Shown here: in pieces, positions 1-13,089 of the stretch
Layout of the letters: each line of letters starts with the position of its first letter
Position numbering within the stretch: the stretch's first letter is position 1
Source of the DNA: Octopus sinensis
Taxonomy: Eukaryota
Direction: 5' to 3'
Assembly: GCF_006345805.1 (NCBI RefSeq)
Contig: NC_042998.1
Location: 58,776,001 to 58,840,000, forward strand
DNA length: 64,000 bases
Program-made: the position numbers and the translations under genes
Notes under the pieces: model-generated
The model's input: only the letters and a program-made list of their open reading frames with translations
Database searches by the model: none
Told to the model about the DNA's origin: nothing

Positions 1-81
1 GTGTAGCAGATAAAGACATGGAAATTAATAGTCTGGAGATTTAATGTATCATAGCAACGACTCATCTTTGAAATATAAATA

Positions 82-457
82 ACTAGCAGTATCGCCCGGC
101 GTTGCTCAGGTTTGTAAGGGAAATAACTATAAAGCATTTTTAGAGAGTTATAGCCAAAAAATGGAAAAAAATATGGTAAATTTTTTTTTGAGAGTTAAAA
201 AAGGATGGAGTTGCGTCCCCTAGACAGTTTGTGGTTCGTGTTTCTAATTCTCGACCCCATGTCGAATTTATCGATTTTTTTCAGAACTGGGGGAACTTTT
301 CAAAATTTTCGCTGCGTTAGTTTTGAATTATGACATTGGGCTATGTGTGTGTCAAGTTTCATCAGAATCGGTTGAAAGCCGTGGTCAGGGTGAGGGTACA
401 AGCAAACAGACACACAGAAACACGCACAGACAAACTGCCGTTTATATATAGAGAGAT
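82..457 (+). mobile_element. Non-autonomous Helitron/Helentron-like (Lep1/HINE-type) element
   Basis: Starts ACTAGCAGTATCGCCCGGCGTTGCTC and ends with the caagtttcatcagaatcgg...acaaacagacac...tttatatatagagagat motif typical of this class. The same 5' head recurs at 9140-9175 (-). Confidence 0.55.
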
Positions 458-799
458 TAATGTAAGAAGTGGAGGTGAAAACACAGGATACTGTAATTAA
501 TTCTTTGTAATATTTAATTTCGTACCATCGTGATTTCAAATCACTAGGTGTCAGATTGTACCTGTCATCCCTTTGTGGCCTGTATATAAAAGTATTATTT
601 ATAATAAAATAGTAATCTCGCTTCATCAGTACATCACTGTAGTGTTGTTGTTTAACTCCTGATCAACCCTATACGAGCAGATCTATGATCAAAAGCATTT
701 CAGTCATGATCAACTGGTCATTCCAAATGTCTAGGGTCACATGTATTGATATGGCCATCCACTTTTTATTTGAGGGGATTTGATTGTTGTTTTCAGAGC

Positions 800-1060
800 T
801 TTACTCTCATTCCATTCAGCAGCAGCGAAATGGAAGAAGCCTCGTGGCAGACCCCGCACCAGATGGCTGGACGTGATTAAAGAAGATCTCCAGAGGCTTG
901 ACATCACATTGGAGGATGCAGTGGGGCTAGTACGGGACCGCAAGGGATTTAGAGCACTGGTGGAACTGGTCGGCTCTCCTCATGATGACGTCTCACGGAC
1001 CACTAACCGGGGATGTCCCCAGCCCTATCAAGCAAGAGTATGAAGCAAGCAAGCAAACGG
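800..1060 (+). mobile_element. 3' end of an RTE-clade LINE
   Basis: KWKKPRGRPRTRWLDVIKEDLQRLDITLEDAVGLVRDRKGFRALV is the RTE C-terminal motif, followed by a short (CAAG)n-like tail. Confidence 0.7.
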
Positions 1061-1759
1061 TAAGAACAGCTGTGTTGCCACCAACATTGGCTCACTTGCC
1101 ATGTATGACTAAAGTAGTAGCAGTTTCTGTTTCTGTACAGCCCTTATCTGTTTCGATCAAGAAATCTTACTCCAACAGGATACTCATTCAAGCAATTTGA
1201 CGTGACTCACAGACATTTTCTTCTCACTTGTACAATCTGCCTAACTGAGGGCCACATCGTACACTCCAGAATACAGTATTGAGATGCAGTGTGTCTGGAC
1301 ATGCTGTACGCTCTTCCTTGTTTTAAAATATGTGAATATACTGGACATGGTTGTGTTGCAAAGGAATTTGCTTTACAACATAGCGTCATGTTCAGTCCCA
1401 TTGTGCAATACATCCACAAACAAATTGGCTATATGTCTTCTTTCAGAGACAAAAGTCGACCAAAACCTTACGAGTGAAATTTAGTTGTTGGAGAAAGTGT
1501 CTGACTTTGAAGGGTAATCTTCCTCCGTTACCGAGTTCAACTCCAACATTTGGCCCTCGGGTATCTTTAGCGATTACCCTTCAGTTACAAGCGTTCATAT
1601 TACGTCTCCAGTTTGACTATATCTACTTCACTCTCTACCATTTTTCCTGAATCCCTTTCAACGGGATAAATTATAGTTTAGCTCTTATCTGTTCTGAGAA
1701 ACTTTAATTTATATATAGCTTTTTCTTGTTTTATTAGTATTCTCATTTAGCAATGCAAT

Positions 1760-3390
1760 CATTATCATCCTTCGACCAACCTATGGTTGGTTGGAACTCC
1801 AGTGACAATCCCCTTTCATAATACACGGTCCTGCATTGCTGTGTTCAGATCTCTAATATCCAACCCTGAGTCCCGAGATATAGTATCTGGAAATGTCAGT
1901 TTCCTTGAGAAAAAACTTCTAAGGGGATGCGATAGGAGAAAGGATGAGATAACCTCTTTTTCTGCTCGATGAAGTGGCCAAGTCGTTTCTGCTTTAGCTT
2001 GAGGGATATTGATATCAGATTTCCGTAGATGTTACTAAGTGCTGGGTGTGATCTCCAACTGATGTTCTGTATCTTTCTGAACAGGTTGGTATATGTTCCA
2101 TCTAGTTGTTTTTCTAAGAGAGCCGATAAGGTCCAGGCCTCTGATCCATAGAGAAGGACCGGCCCAATCAGTGTTCTAAATATTTTAACTTTTAATGTAG
2201 GCGGAAAGTTTGAGTGCCAGAACTTATCAAGTCTGTTACATGCATCCCAAGCAAGAGCTTTTCAGATGCGAAAGTCCTTTTGGGAATCTACTATGTATGA
2301 TCCAAGATATTTGAAGTTGTCAACGTTTTAAGTACAATTAACTTGGAGGAGGTCGTTATAAACTCTGTCTTACTCTCGTTGCAGCAAAGGCTGACCTGGT
2401 TTACTGCTTTATCCAGTGCTTGTAAGAAAGATTCTGCATCTTTAGTACAAGGCAAGATTGTCAGCAAAGTCAAGATCAGTTAAATATTGTGCACAATGCC
2501 GACTGCTCTGGCGGAGTTTCAAAAGGAGTTCCTTTTCCTCCATATCGTCAAGGGAAATACGTAGAACATAGTCGAGAACAATGATGAACAAGAAAGGAGC
2601 GAGTATTTCACCCTGCAGAATACCTGCAACAATTTCAAAGAAATCAGTCTCTCCATCAGGAGATATAACCGTGGCAGTGGTGTTTGTGTACAACGCCCTG
2701 ATAGCATCAACAATCCTGGGAAGAATACCATTGAGTGCAAGGATTTTAAACATGAGATCTCTGCCGATGGAATCAAATGCTTTGCGAAAGTCGACAAAAC
2801 AAATTGTGGCGATCTTGTAAAAATTTTTCCCTTCTTCCAGTATGCGACGGATGGAAAGGATTTGAGAGTTGTTGACCGGCCCCTTCTAGATCCATTCTGA
2901 TTCTCACGAAGAATTGGATCGAGTATAGGTACAATCCTATTAAGCAGGAGTTTGTTACAAACTTTTGCTGCAATTGGAATCAGAGTAATGCCTCTATAAT
3001 TTCCTACCCTTGTTAGGTCACATTTTTGCAGGGTCAGGGACATTTCCACACTTTAACCAAGCTGATAGAAGCAAATGATGTGCATATGTGTCGTTGCAGA
3101 AACCTAGTAACGTTTCATGCAATATTGGATCTTTGCACAGTAATGTTGGTATGTTATCGAGCCGTGGAGATTTATTGCTAGCAAAACTACTGAGAGCTAC
3201 TTTGAGCTCATCCATTGTGAAAAGGTCCGCGTTGATGTCTAATACGTTAGATATTTGGTGTAGAGGAAGTGGAAGACCGCTAGTTTGTGGTGGTTCTCCA
3301 AGAAGTTTCTGAAAGTGGTCAAACCATTTGGATTTGCGCTTCTCAGAGAGACCACCTTTAAGCCTGATGGAGGGCTTAAATTTTCTTCCA
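1760..3390 (-). mobile_element. Degenerate, 5'-truncated RTE-clade LINE (reverse transcriptase to C-terminus)
   Basis: Frameshifted segments NYRGITLIPIAAKVCNKLLLNRI, NQNGSRRGRST, GILQGEILAPFLFIIVLD, DLDFADNLAL, LLYGSEAWTL and TFPDTISRDSG, ending in a tgataatgat tail. Confidence 0.9.
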
Positions 3391-4859
3391 GTTAGTGTGT
3401 TTATTAATTTCTATACTGCAGCATATTGCTTTGCGGTATGCAAGTTTGCAATGTAATAAGCGTAGCATTGAACGATTAATGGGTGTTTCACTAGTGTCCA
3501 ACACCGATTTCAAGGTTCTGTATAAAACTAAGGAAAGTAAGAGGCAATTAGCTCTGCTATTTACATACTTTATCTATAAAAAAAAAAATAAATAAAACTA
3601 TTAGAATTTTCAGATTTCTAATAATAAAGGAGATGGAAATTTTTCAGATTTTGACATTATTTTCCTTAGCGGCCATATTACTTTTAGAAAACTGGTGTCG
3701 GCCACAGTAGGTTAAAAAAAATTGGTCATTTAAAATATTTTTCCCTTTCTGTTAATGAATTAATTCTAATTATTGTTCAGTCGGCATTGTTGTAACATCC
3801 TATTTAAACCCAAACAAAATTCTATTTAAAATTTTTTCCTATATCAGTGGTGCTCAAACGGTGTTCCGCTGGAATTCTTTCAGTGTTGCTTACATTATGT
3901 TATCAATAACTAAATGTTAGGTCGTTCTGAAACAAAGTTTATCTAAAATATTTTAAGAAAAAGCAAGAAAATTTTCTTTGCGCTAGCTACTGGTGGTATT
4001 CACAACCTTTGGTGGAAGAAAATAATTCTTATTTCAAAAACAAATCTACCTTGCAATGGAGAAACAGGTTTAATAACCCGCATGTTACAGCAAATTAAGA
4101 CCACCAGGTATGTCTCTGGGTAGATCTCGACTTGCTAGAAATAGTTGCTAAATCTACCTTGTATCACGCAATACTGTCTTTTGATAAAGACACTTTCAAG
4201 AATGTAACTTGTAGTACACAATGCGGTATTGCGGATTCTTATAAATATTATATAATTCAAGACTAGAAAATCCATACTAATACTTACTTCTCTTAGAAGA
4301 CATGGCATTCATAATTCTGTTGCAGACATGTAGGATTAATAAGATAAGGTAAAGAATACTCTCCTAAATATTTATAAATTTTGATGTGACAACAAGTTCT
4401 AAGTTTAGCATATGACTATGAGTTTGGATTTGCCAAATTATTTATTTTATCTACGTGAGAAGAATGAAAGACAGAGTCAGCTTTGGAAAAATTTAAAATT
4501 ACGACTAAATACTGCTAAGAATTTACCAAAGCAATAGAAAAATATCAATATGAAGTGCTTCATTTTTGTTGTATTTGGTCCCCAGCGAAACAGTGTTCTA
4601 CATACGTACGGCCAGCTGTCACTAGCGGGCGAGTATAGACTGGTAGCATATATCACGTTTTCACTAACCATATTAGGTGCCTATGTGGTCGTAAACAAAT
4701 GTAGACACATTCTCGGTCCCGTCACTGTTGCACCCAAGATCGACAGATGGTGGAAGGGTGGGCTGAACTGGGAATCAGCTGAAATAATGTGAAATGAAGT
4801 GTGTTGTTCAATGACGCAAAATATTACATAATCCACCAGACTTAAAATTTTGGCACAAG

Positions 4860-5295
4860 GCCAAAAATTTATGAGGAGTGGATAAGCTGATGACGTCGAT
4901 CCCCAGTATTCATCTGGTGCTTATTTTATCGACCCCAGAAGGGATGAAAGCAGAGTCGACCTAGGTGGAATTTGAACTCAGAACGTAAAGACGGAAAAAT
5001 ACTGCCAGTTCGCCGCCTAAGTCGGACGAAATACCTATTTCTTTACTACCCACAAGGGGCTAAACACAGAGAGAACAAACAAGGACAGATAAACGGATTA
5101 AGTCGATTACATCGACCCCAGTGCGTAACTGGTACTTAATTTATCGACCCCGAAAGAATGAAAGGCAAAGTCGACCTCGGTGGAATTTGAACTCAGAACG
5201 TAACGGCAGACGAAATACCGCTGAGCATTTTGCCCGGTGTACTAACGATTCTGCCAGCTCGCCGCTTAAGACGGACGAAATACCGCTAAACGTTT
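4860..5295 (-). mobile_element. Nested tRNA-headed SINEs (family B inserted into an older relative)
   Basis: A full copy at about 5036-5266 is flanked by an 18-bp duplication TAAG(T/A)CGGACGAAATACC (5018-5035, 5267-5284), inside an older related SINE. Confidence 0.8.
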
Positions 5296-6639
5296 TTTCC
5301 GGTGTGATAATGATTTTGTCAGATCATCTCCTTACTTTGATCAGTATTTGACTGCACCACCTTATGATCATGAGTCGCACGACCAAACCACTAAGTGGCA
5401 AACCTTTGCTTGTCCTAAATGACCCTATGAAGGTACAGGGACGAATTAGAAGACATTACCCTCTAGCACGTAGCACAAGCGAACCCAAAGAACCCCATCT
5501 TTGCCAATGACAACAATTTCTAAGTTTAGCATATGACTATAAATTTGAATTTACCAAATTATTTATTTTATCTACGTGAGAAGAATGCAACGCAAAGTCA
5601 ACTTTGTGATTTGAAATTTTGATTAAATACTGCTAAGAATTTATCAAAACATTCTATAATAATTACTACCTAGCCACCGATATTGAAAGTATTCATAATA
5701 ATTACAATTTCTATAATATATACGAGACTACACTTTTTTGGAAAAGAATATAATTACTGTTATCTACTCCAGTACGTATTATTATTTTTCTTTGTCGATT
5801 TTGGAATGATAAAATGTAAAGTCAACCTTGTTGATACAAAATCACAATGCAAAGATCCTGTGAACTCTCGCATACAAGTAGACCACATGCTCTTACATAA
5901 TAAATTTGATATATTCTTCGACAAAATAGGGAAAAAAAGACAAAAACAAAAAGCATAAATAATAATAGCATTTTATTAATTGAAATAAGTAATACGAAAT
6001 GATGATAATGGTTATAATGATTATCATGCGGGATGATTATAATGGAGAGACAAGTTGAAAAGGTATGTAATTACTCTAACAGAGCTATTGAATACACCGT
6101 ATTATGTCATTTAAGAAACGAAAGCAGTGTCCAATTTGTAATTTGTTGGATAGGGATGAAACACAATCACAAGAACTTTTATAGACAAAGAAATGTTCTG
6201 TAGTAGGTTCCAGACAATAACAATACTAAGGTCAGTAAATGATGTTTGGTCATACCAATACGACGATAATTTTAAACAAGCTAACAAAGAAAAGTAAAAA
6301 AAAGGTACAATAGTTTTTAGCTGGATGCTTTTGTTCATAAGTCCATCGAATTAAATGCCAATTGGGGAGACTACTGGTTCTTAAGTCGGAGAATTGTAGA
6401 AACCCCCCCCCCCAAAAAAAAAACAAAAAGAGACCTGTCATTTGTTTAAACATTCCTCGCATGATTTTAATAGGAGTGCTGCTCGGGCATATGTAGAGCT
6501 ATGCTGATCGGAACACCAGGTAAGACATGTACCTTATAAAACTTGGGACTTGGTACCGCAGAACAAATGTAAATAGAAAAATGCATCAGACAGGAAGTAT
6601 AAAAATCCCTATCGAAACTCGCTCCTAATTTTATATCTA

Positions 6640-7100
<461 letters not shown>

Positions 7101-7330
7101 CCTTGGATAGAATTTATAAACATCTAATGCATCGTTACACGCGTTTCTACAAATCACACGTCTCTTAAGATCACAGTCCATATTTCTGGGATGATTACAG
7201 TGTAGTCTGTGGTATCTGAGGGCATCAGGTAGTTCATCTTCATGGATTCATTTCTTCAGGCGATATAATATTAATGGATGTTTAACTGAGGGTTATTTAT
7301 CACTTTTATATATATGTATACACACACACA

Positions 7331-7395
<65 letters not shown>

Positions 7396-7845
7396 ATACG
7401 TAGTAGTACAAGTGAAATTGTTAGAAATGTTTTATGAGATTGGAAGTTTCGCAATCGGGCAGTGACGCAGGCATTTGTGAGGGAAGGCATTTAATCCTGG
7501 TTGGATTTTATTTTAAGTACCAATCACAAGGTCATTTGAACAAGCAAATGGACGCAAATCAGGACCCAAATGGGAAGAGAAGAGTCAAACTCACAGTCTA
7601 TTTATTGATAATGTTAAAGTGTACTGTTTTATGTGATTCGACATTATATAATACGATGTCTTGGCTTAGTTTTGAGGATCAGTTGTGTTCTTCAAATTGA
7701 ACTCAACTCCACATTTTTAGTTCTTTATACCTCGCTTTATATAATGCAAGTTATCTACTCACTCATATCACACCATCCTAAGTTAAGACAGGCAATCGGA
7801 AAAAAGATATTATTATGTTGTTAAGATGGTGAGCTGGCAGAATCG

Positions 7846-8233
7846 TTAGTGCAAGAGTGACTGTATGGTAAATAGCTTGCTAACCAGCCACATGGTTCCG
7901 GGTTCAGTCCCACTGTGTGGCACCTTGGGCAAGTGTCTTCTACTATAGCCTCGGTCTGACCAAAACCTTGTGAGTGGATTTATTAGATGGAATATGAAAG
8001 AAGCCCGTCGTATATATGTGTGTGTGTGTGTGTTCGTATATGTTTGTGTGTCCGTGTTTGTCCCCTCAAACATCGCTTGACAACCGATGCTAGTGTGTTT
8101 ACGTCTCCGTAACTTAGCGGTTCGGCAAAAGAGACCGATACAATAAGTACTAGGCTTACAAAGAATAAGTCCTGGGGTCGATTTGCTCGACTAAAGGCGG
8201 TGCTCCAGCATGGCCACAGTCAAATGACTGAAA
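7846..8233 (+). mobile_element. tRNA-headed SINE, family A
   Basis: Matches the copies at 17-18 kb and 49-52 kb: B-box GGTTCAGTCCC, internal (TA/TG)n, 3' gactgaaacaagtaaaagagt. Confidence 0.85.
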
Positions 8234-8959
8234 CAAGTAAAAGAGTAAATGAGTACCTGGCAAAATGTCAAGTGGCTTTCGGGGCATTGGGGTCGATGTA
8301 ATCGGCTTCCATCTCTCCTCAAAATTGCTGGCCTTGTGCCAAAATTAGAAAGAATTATAAAATTACTACAGTCCTCGTAAGTCAGCGGATATTTTCTGTT
8401 GTATTCAATAGATTTAAAGTACATTAATTTGAATTTCTGTAATTATACCATCTTGAAACTCCTACTCCATAGACCAGATTTCGGCTCCATTAGGAAGAAT
8501 GTAACCCGCACTTGATATGAAGAAGGCCACTCTTGCTGATTTGGTTACCAGACATTCTCAGTCGCAAGTGAGTATGATATGTGAGCGTGCACTACTCTGG
8601 CACTAATTGCATTAGGTGTCTATGTAGTTGCAAGCAGATTTAGACACCTTCTTGGTCCTTCAATCATCTACAAAGCGGATATCCAGGATGTAGCAACTGG
8701 AGGGGGAGAGATGGCGACACTGGCACCTAGCTGTTGCAGTGCTCAGCACCCTAATCGCTGGGCCAAGCGCCTTCACAAATCTCTCGCTATATAAAGCTGA
8801 AGTTGTCTGTGTATGGCAGGTTTGGTAGCCTTCAACTGAAACTATCTCCTCCGAGACTCTGCGGTACAAGTTGACCAAAATCGAAAGTATGATAGAAGTC
8901 TTGCTCTTCCTTCCGTAGAAGAAAATTTCAAATCGGACTATGTTAACACTATAAATCAT

Positions 8960-9175
8960 TTACATCAAAAAGGTGCTTTTTTTCTATGAAAATCCCTATT
9001 TTTTACGATTTTTGACTACTGTGTGGCCATTGTTCTGTGTATTTCAACCAGAAAAATGTTCACTTAAAGAGAATAACAAGCTACATAATGCAAAATTTTT
9101 ACTTTTCAAAAATTCTAATTCTAAAGGGTTGAAACAAACCCGAGCAACGCCGGGCGATACTGCTAGTATTATTCT
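8960..9175 (-). mobile_element. Truncated Helitron-like element
   Basis: The reverse complement begins actagcagtatcgcccggcgttgctcgggttt, the same head as the element at 82. Confidence 0.5.
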
Positions 9176-9803
9176 AAAATAGAGAACATATGACGGTGGA
9201 GTCTTAAGTAAAAGCAGCAGAAAAATGATTATTCGATAACATGCAATGTAGCATTGTGTTTTGGCCTTGTTTTATTCTCAGGATTTAGATTCTACAAAGT
9301 CTAATCTTTATTTCATTGCCTCACTTTTGATAAAATAACCGACAGCCATGCACTGTAGACAATCATTCAAAAGTACCCTTTCCTTACAAGGTTTCAGCAT
9401 TGCGACGGAACAAACAATGATTATGTAAAGAGGACAGTTTTCGGAAGCGATGAATTCCTGCCAAAGCTGCTTTTACACTGAACAAACTCTTATCCTTTAG
9501 ACCTGCATCATGGCAACATAAAGACGCTTGCATTAGATTACTCATTCAAAATCAATTTATTTTCCTTCTGTTCTCAAAGTTTAACACAAATATGTACTAA
9601 ACAAATAATAACTTAGTAACCAGCCTAATAGTAACTACTGTTTTTCTCGACATTTAATTGGTTCGTGTACTTTTATTCCTGTTTTCATAAAATGCATTCT
9701 ATATTATCAACATATGTAGACCGAGCAAACGAGAAAGTTCCTATGCGATCATTCGATTAGCTAATAGTAGCAGCTAAATATTATTCATATCATATTCCAG
9801 TAT

Positions 9804-9855
<52 letters not shown>

Positions 9856-10283
9856 CACACACACATATATATATGGATTTCCACCCCAGCATCCGAAACT
9901 CGGAGTTTTATCATGGCTACCGAATAATTGTCACATATTACATTTACAGATAAATTCCTCAATTTACATAATATCGAGGTCTCTTTCATTCTTTTGTTGT
10001 CTTACCATTTTTATCAATATAGTTACAGTGGAATACATCCACTTGTTTTCAATAATAGAAATATTAAAATTACTAAGTCTCTCTAAAGGAGATTACGGCA
10101 GCGTTACTGGATATTAATAGTCATCGCTATACTAATATGGCAGTCTATAAATACAAGACTAAAGCTGTCGCTGATTAGCTCCAAGAGGCCATCGCCTCTA
10201 GCTAGCTATATGACACACGAACCTGCGTCCATTACAACCTTCGAACAGGGGAGGTCAGCCGCTTCACCTTGCTAGTCAGACAT

Positions 10284-10324
10284 CTGCAGACATGTTTCAG
10301 GGTTGTTGCCCTTTATCAATGCAG
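10284..10324 (-). ncRNA. Hammerhead ribozyme, inverted copy
   Basis: Exact reverse complement of 10545-10585. Confidence 0.75.
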
Positions 10325-10544
10325 CGTAGTCAGAACTAGCAGGTGTTGCTACTGACCGTCTGTTCGAAGATTTTATTTACCTAGTTACAGTGGAATACAT
10401 CCACTTGTTTTCAATAATAGAAATATTAAAATTACTAAGTCTCTCTAAAGGAGATTACGGCAGCGTTACTGGATATTAATAGTTATCGCCATACTAATAT
10501 GGCAGTCTATAAATATATGACTAAAGCTGCTGGTTCTGACTACG

Positions 10545-10585
10545 CTGCATTGATAAAGGGCAACAACCCTGAAACATGTCTGCAG
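10545..10585 (+). ncRNA. Minimal type I hammerhead ribozyme, U3-A8 core variant
   Basis: CTGCA-TTGATAA-AGGG caacaa CCCT-GAAAC-AT-GTC^TGCAG: 5-bp stem I, 4-bp stem II, palindromic stem III ACATGT. Confidence 0.75.
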
Positions 10586-10906
10586 ATGTCTGACTAGCAA
10601 GGTGAAGCGGCTGACCTCCCCTGTTCGAAGGTTGTAATGGACGCAGGTTCGTGTGTCATATAGCTAGCTAGAGGCGATGGCCTCTTGGAGCTAATCAGCG
10701 ACAGCTTTAGTCTTATATTTATAGACTGCCATATTAGTATGGCGATAACTATTAATATCCAGTAACGCTGCCGTAATCTCCTTTAGAGAGACTTAGTAAT
10801 TTTAATATTTCTATTATTGAAAACAAGTGGATGTATTCCACTGTAACTAGGTAAATAAAATCTTCGAACAGACGGTCAGTAGCGACACCTGCTGGTTCTG
10901 ACTACG

Positions 10907-10947
10907 CTGCATTGATAAAGGGCAACAACTCTGAAACATGTCTGCAG
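10907..10947 (+). ncRNA. Hammerhead ribozyme, second tandem copy
   Basis: Same motif 362 nt downstream; stem II is AGGG/CTCT with a G-U wobble. Confidence 0.7.
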
Positions 10948-11649
10948 ATGTCTGACTAGCAAGGTGAAGCGGCTGACCTCCCCTGTTCGAATGTTGTATA
11001 TATATATACTTACATGTCAAAAATATTTATTTTAAAAGACTTTTGCGAATAACAACTGAGCATTAACTATTGGTGTGACTCTGCAGGTTAGGAAAATCCT
11101 GCTCCTGGTACCACGTAACCTAGTACTACCTACTTCATAGCCAGGTGGTCAGTGACTCTCCGACTTGGTAAGCCAGATGAGAAGGATGTCGTGGGCACTC
11201 CGCAAGATTAAAAACAAGACTTGTCAAAGGATGGATGGGTCCATTGTGAGCAAAGGGCCATCCGCATGAATGGTGTCTCGTAAAAACATCCTGCACATGG
11301 GCAGACAAACAGTGCAACTGGCCCGAGACCGTAGACACAAAAGTCTAATGAAAGACATACTGTGCTCTCAAATCGGAGAAGTCGACATCAACGAGTGATG
11401 TGGTGTACAGAAGATATAGATAAGAGACTCAAGTTTATTAAGAAGATCAGCTTGACGGGAACTTCAAGTATCACCTACAAGAATCACCTGGTTCAACTGG
11501 TAAAAGAACCATTGCCTACTCATGATTTAATTTTGTTCACAATAGTAAACTAAATAAATGTTTAAGGATTTAACAGTCAAGAAACAAATTAGGCACATTG
11601 GCCATTAGAAGGGCCGTTAAAAGAAAGGTTATATATATATATATATAAA

Positions 11650-12400
11650 TTTTCTTTAAGTGTTAGAAATAGTTTTTTTAGCTGCTATTTCTAACGAGTT
11701 CAGTATGCGGCAAAGTAATTTATTTTACTAAGCCCTTTTATATAATGTAATAATTTGAATTTGCCTTAAATGGTCCCTTTGCATACTGAATACTTGGTGA
11801 AATTGATTAATTAATTAATTAATTTTACCCTCAATTGTTGAAATTATAATTCATCTCTCTCTACTTAATTGTCTCGGATTTTACCGAAAAAAGCATAGTG
11901 TTTGCTGATTTTAACCCACGCTGGTAGAAAGGGGAGAGCAGAAATTTTTCTCTTGCATATTTGAGTTTTTTGGCACTGTTAGTTTGGAACAGATCTTCAG
12001 AAGCGATAACAAGCCGAAAGGGTATGCTCCCATTTTCAGTGTTTTCAAATTCAAACAAGGGCATTCTGAGCTGATGAGAGAAGGGTCGAGTTTGGCTAAT
12101 CTTGAAACGTACGTACTCAAATAACCTTTGCATTTGATTTTTTAATGTCTCTACCCTCATACTTTCTTGAGTTGAATTGAGCAAACACTATATGAGAGAG
12201 GTTTTCTTTAAGTGTTAGAAATAGTTTTTTTAGCTGCTATTTCTAACGAGTTCAGTATGCGGCAAAGTAATTTATTTTACTAAGCCCTTTTATATAATGT
12301 AATAATTTGAATTTGCCTTAAATGGTCCCTTTGCATACTGAATACTTGGTGAAATTGATTAATTAATTAATTAATTTTACCCTCAATTGTTGAAATTATA
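11650..12400 (+). mobile_element. (TA)n-flanked, terminally redundant 552-bp unit (199-bp direct repeats), Penelope/retrozyme-like
   Basis: 11650-11848 is essentially identical to 12202-12400. The spacer holds a hammerhead and an antisense ORF. Confidence 0.75.
12067..12119 (+). ncRNA. Type I hammerhead ribozyme with canonical core
   Basis: TGAG-CTGATGA-GAGA...TCTT-GAAAC-GTAC-GTA^CTCA; stem III ACGTACGT is a perfect palindrome. Confidence 0.75.
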
Positions 12401-12415
12401 TATATATATATATAT

Positions 12416-12475
<60 letters not shown>

Positions 12476-12670
12476 GAGTACAGAAGGAAAGGCCTACTAT
12501 AAGGATATATTTTTCAGGAACCCCTCCGTCCGATATAAAACATGAGTAGGTTAAGATTCTTTCTCTGGTTTGCCAACCCGATAGGTGAAACTTGAAGACG
12601 CAATCAGCTTGATCTGTACACCTCTCTACATATCTACTTACACACACACACACACATACGCGCACACACA

Positions 12671-12716
<46 letters not shown>

Positions 12717-13089
12717 ACACACACTTGAATGTATATGTTGGCCTGTGTGTTTATGTATCTGTGTATTTTGGTATGTATGTATGCTTGTATGCTTCAATGT
12801 CTGTATGCGCGCGTGTAAGTACATGTGTCGTAAATATTTATTTCTTATAATTTATCTAATTAAGAATTATTTTCAGTTCCTCACCTCAAGATTGATAACT
12901 TGCACTCAATCTTCAACACAATTTTCTAATTGGTAAAAACAATAAATATTCTTTATACGCACAAAAAATTTTATCTTTCAATCCATCTGAGATCTTGGCT
13001 GTCATTCAATGGAATATTACTCGCTGAAGTGGTTCAGTAACATCTAAACATACACGAAATTATCTTGCCTGCTAAAAATCTGATTCATT

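Larger units (their letters stand above)
10020..10998. mobile_element. Penelope-pLTR/retrozyme-like 362-bp unit: 1.4 copies on -, then 1.3 copies on + (fold-back)
   Basis: 10020-10382 repeats at 10383-10529. The sequence inverts at about 10529 (CTG microhomology), and 10529 repeats at 10891 (period 362). It ends in (TA)n and carries three hammerhead folds. Confidence 0.8.

Noticed and set aside
520-636. CTGATGA on - at 623-629; similar isolated cores at 43935 and 53838
   Set aside because: No stem II, GAAA or GUH in the required arrangement.
8480-8940. GC-richer islands (also 11100-11560, 19080-19500) as exons or transposase
   Set aside because: No frame gave a recognisable motif or consistent splice sites; probably old repeat debris.
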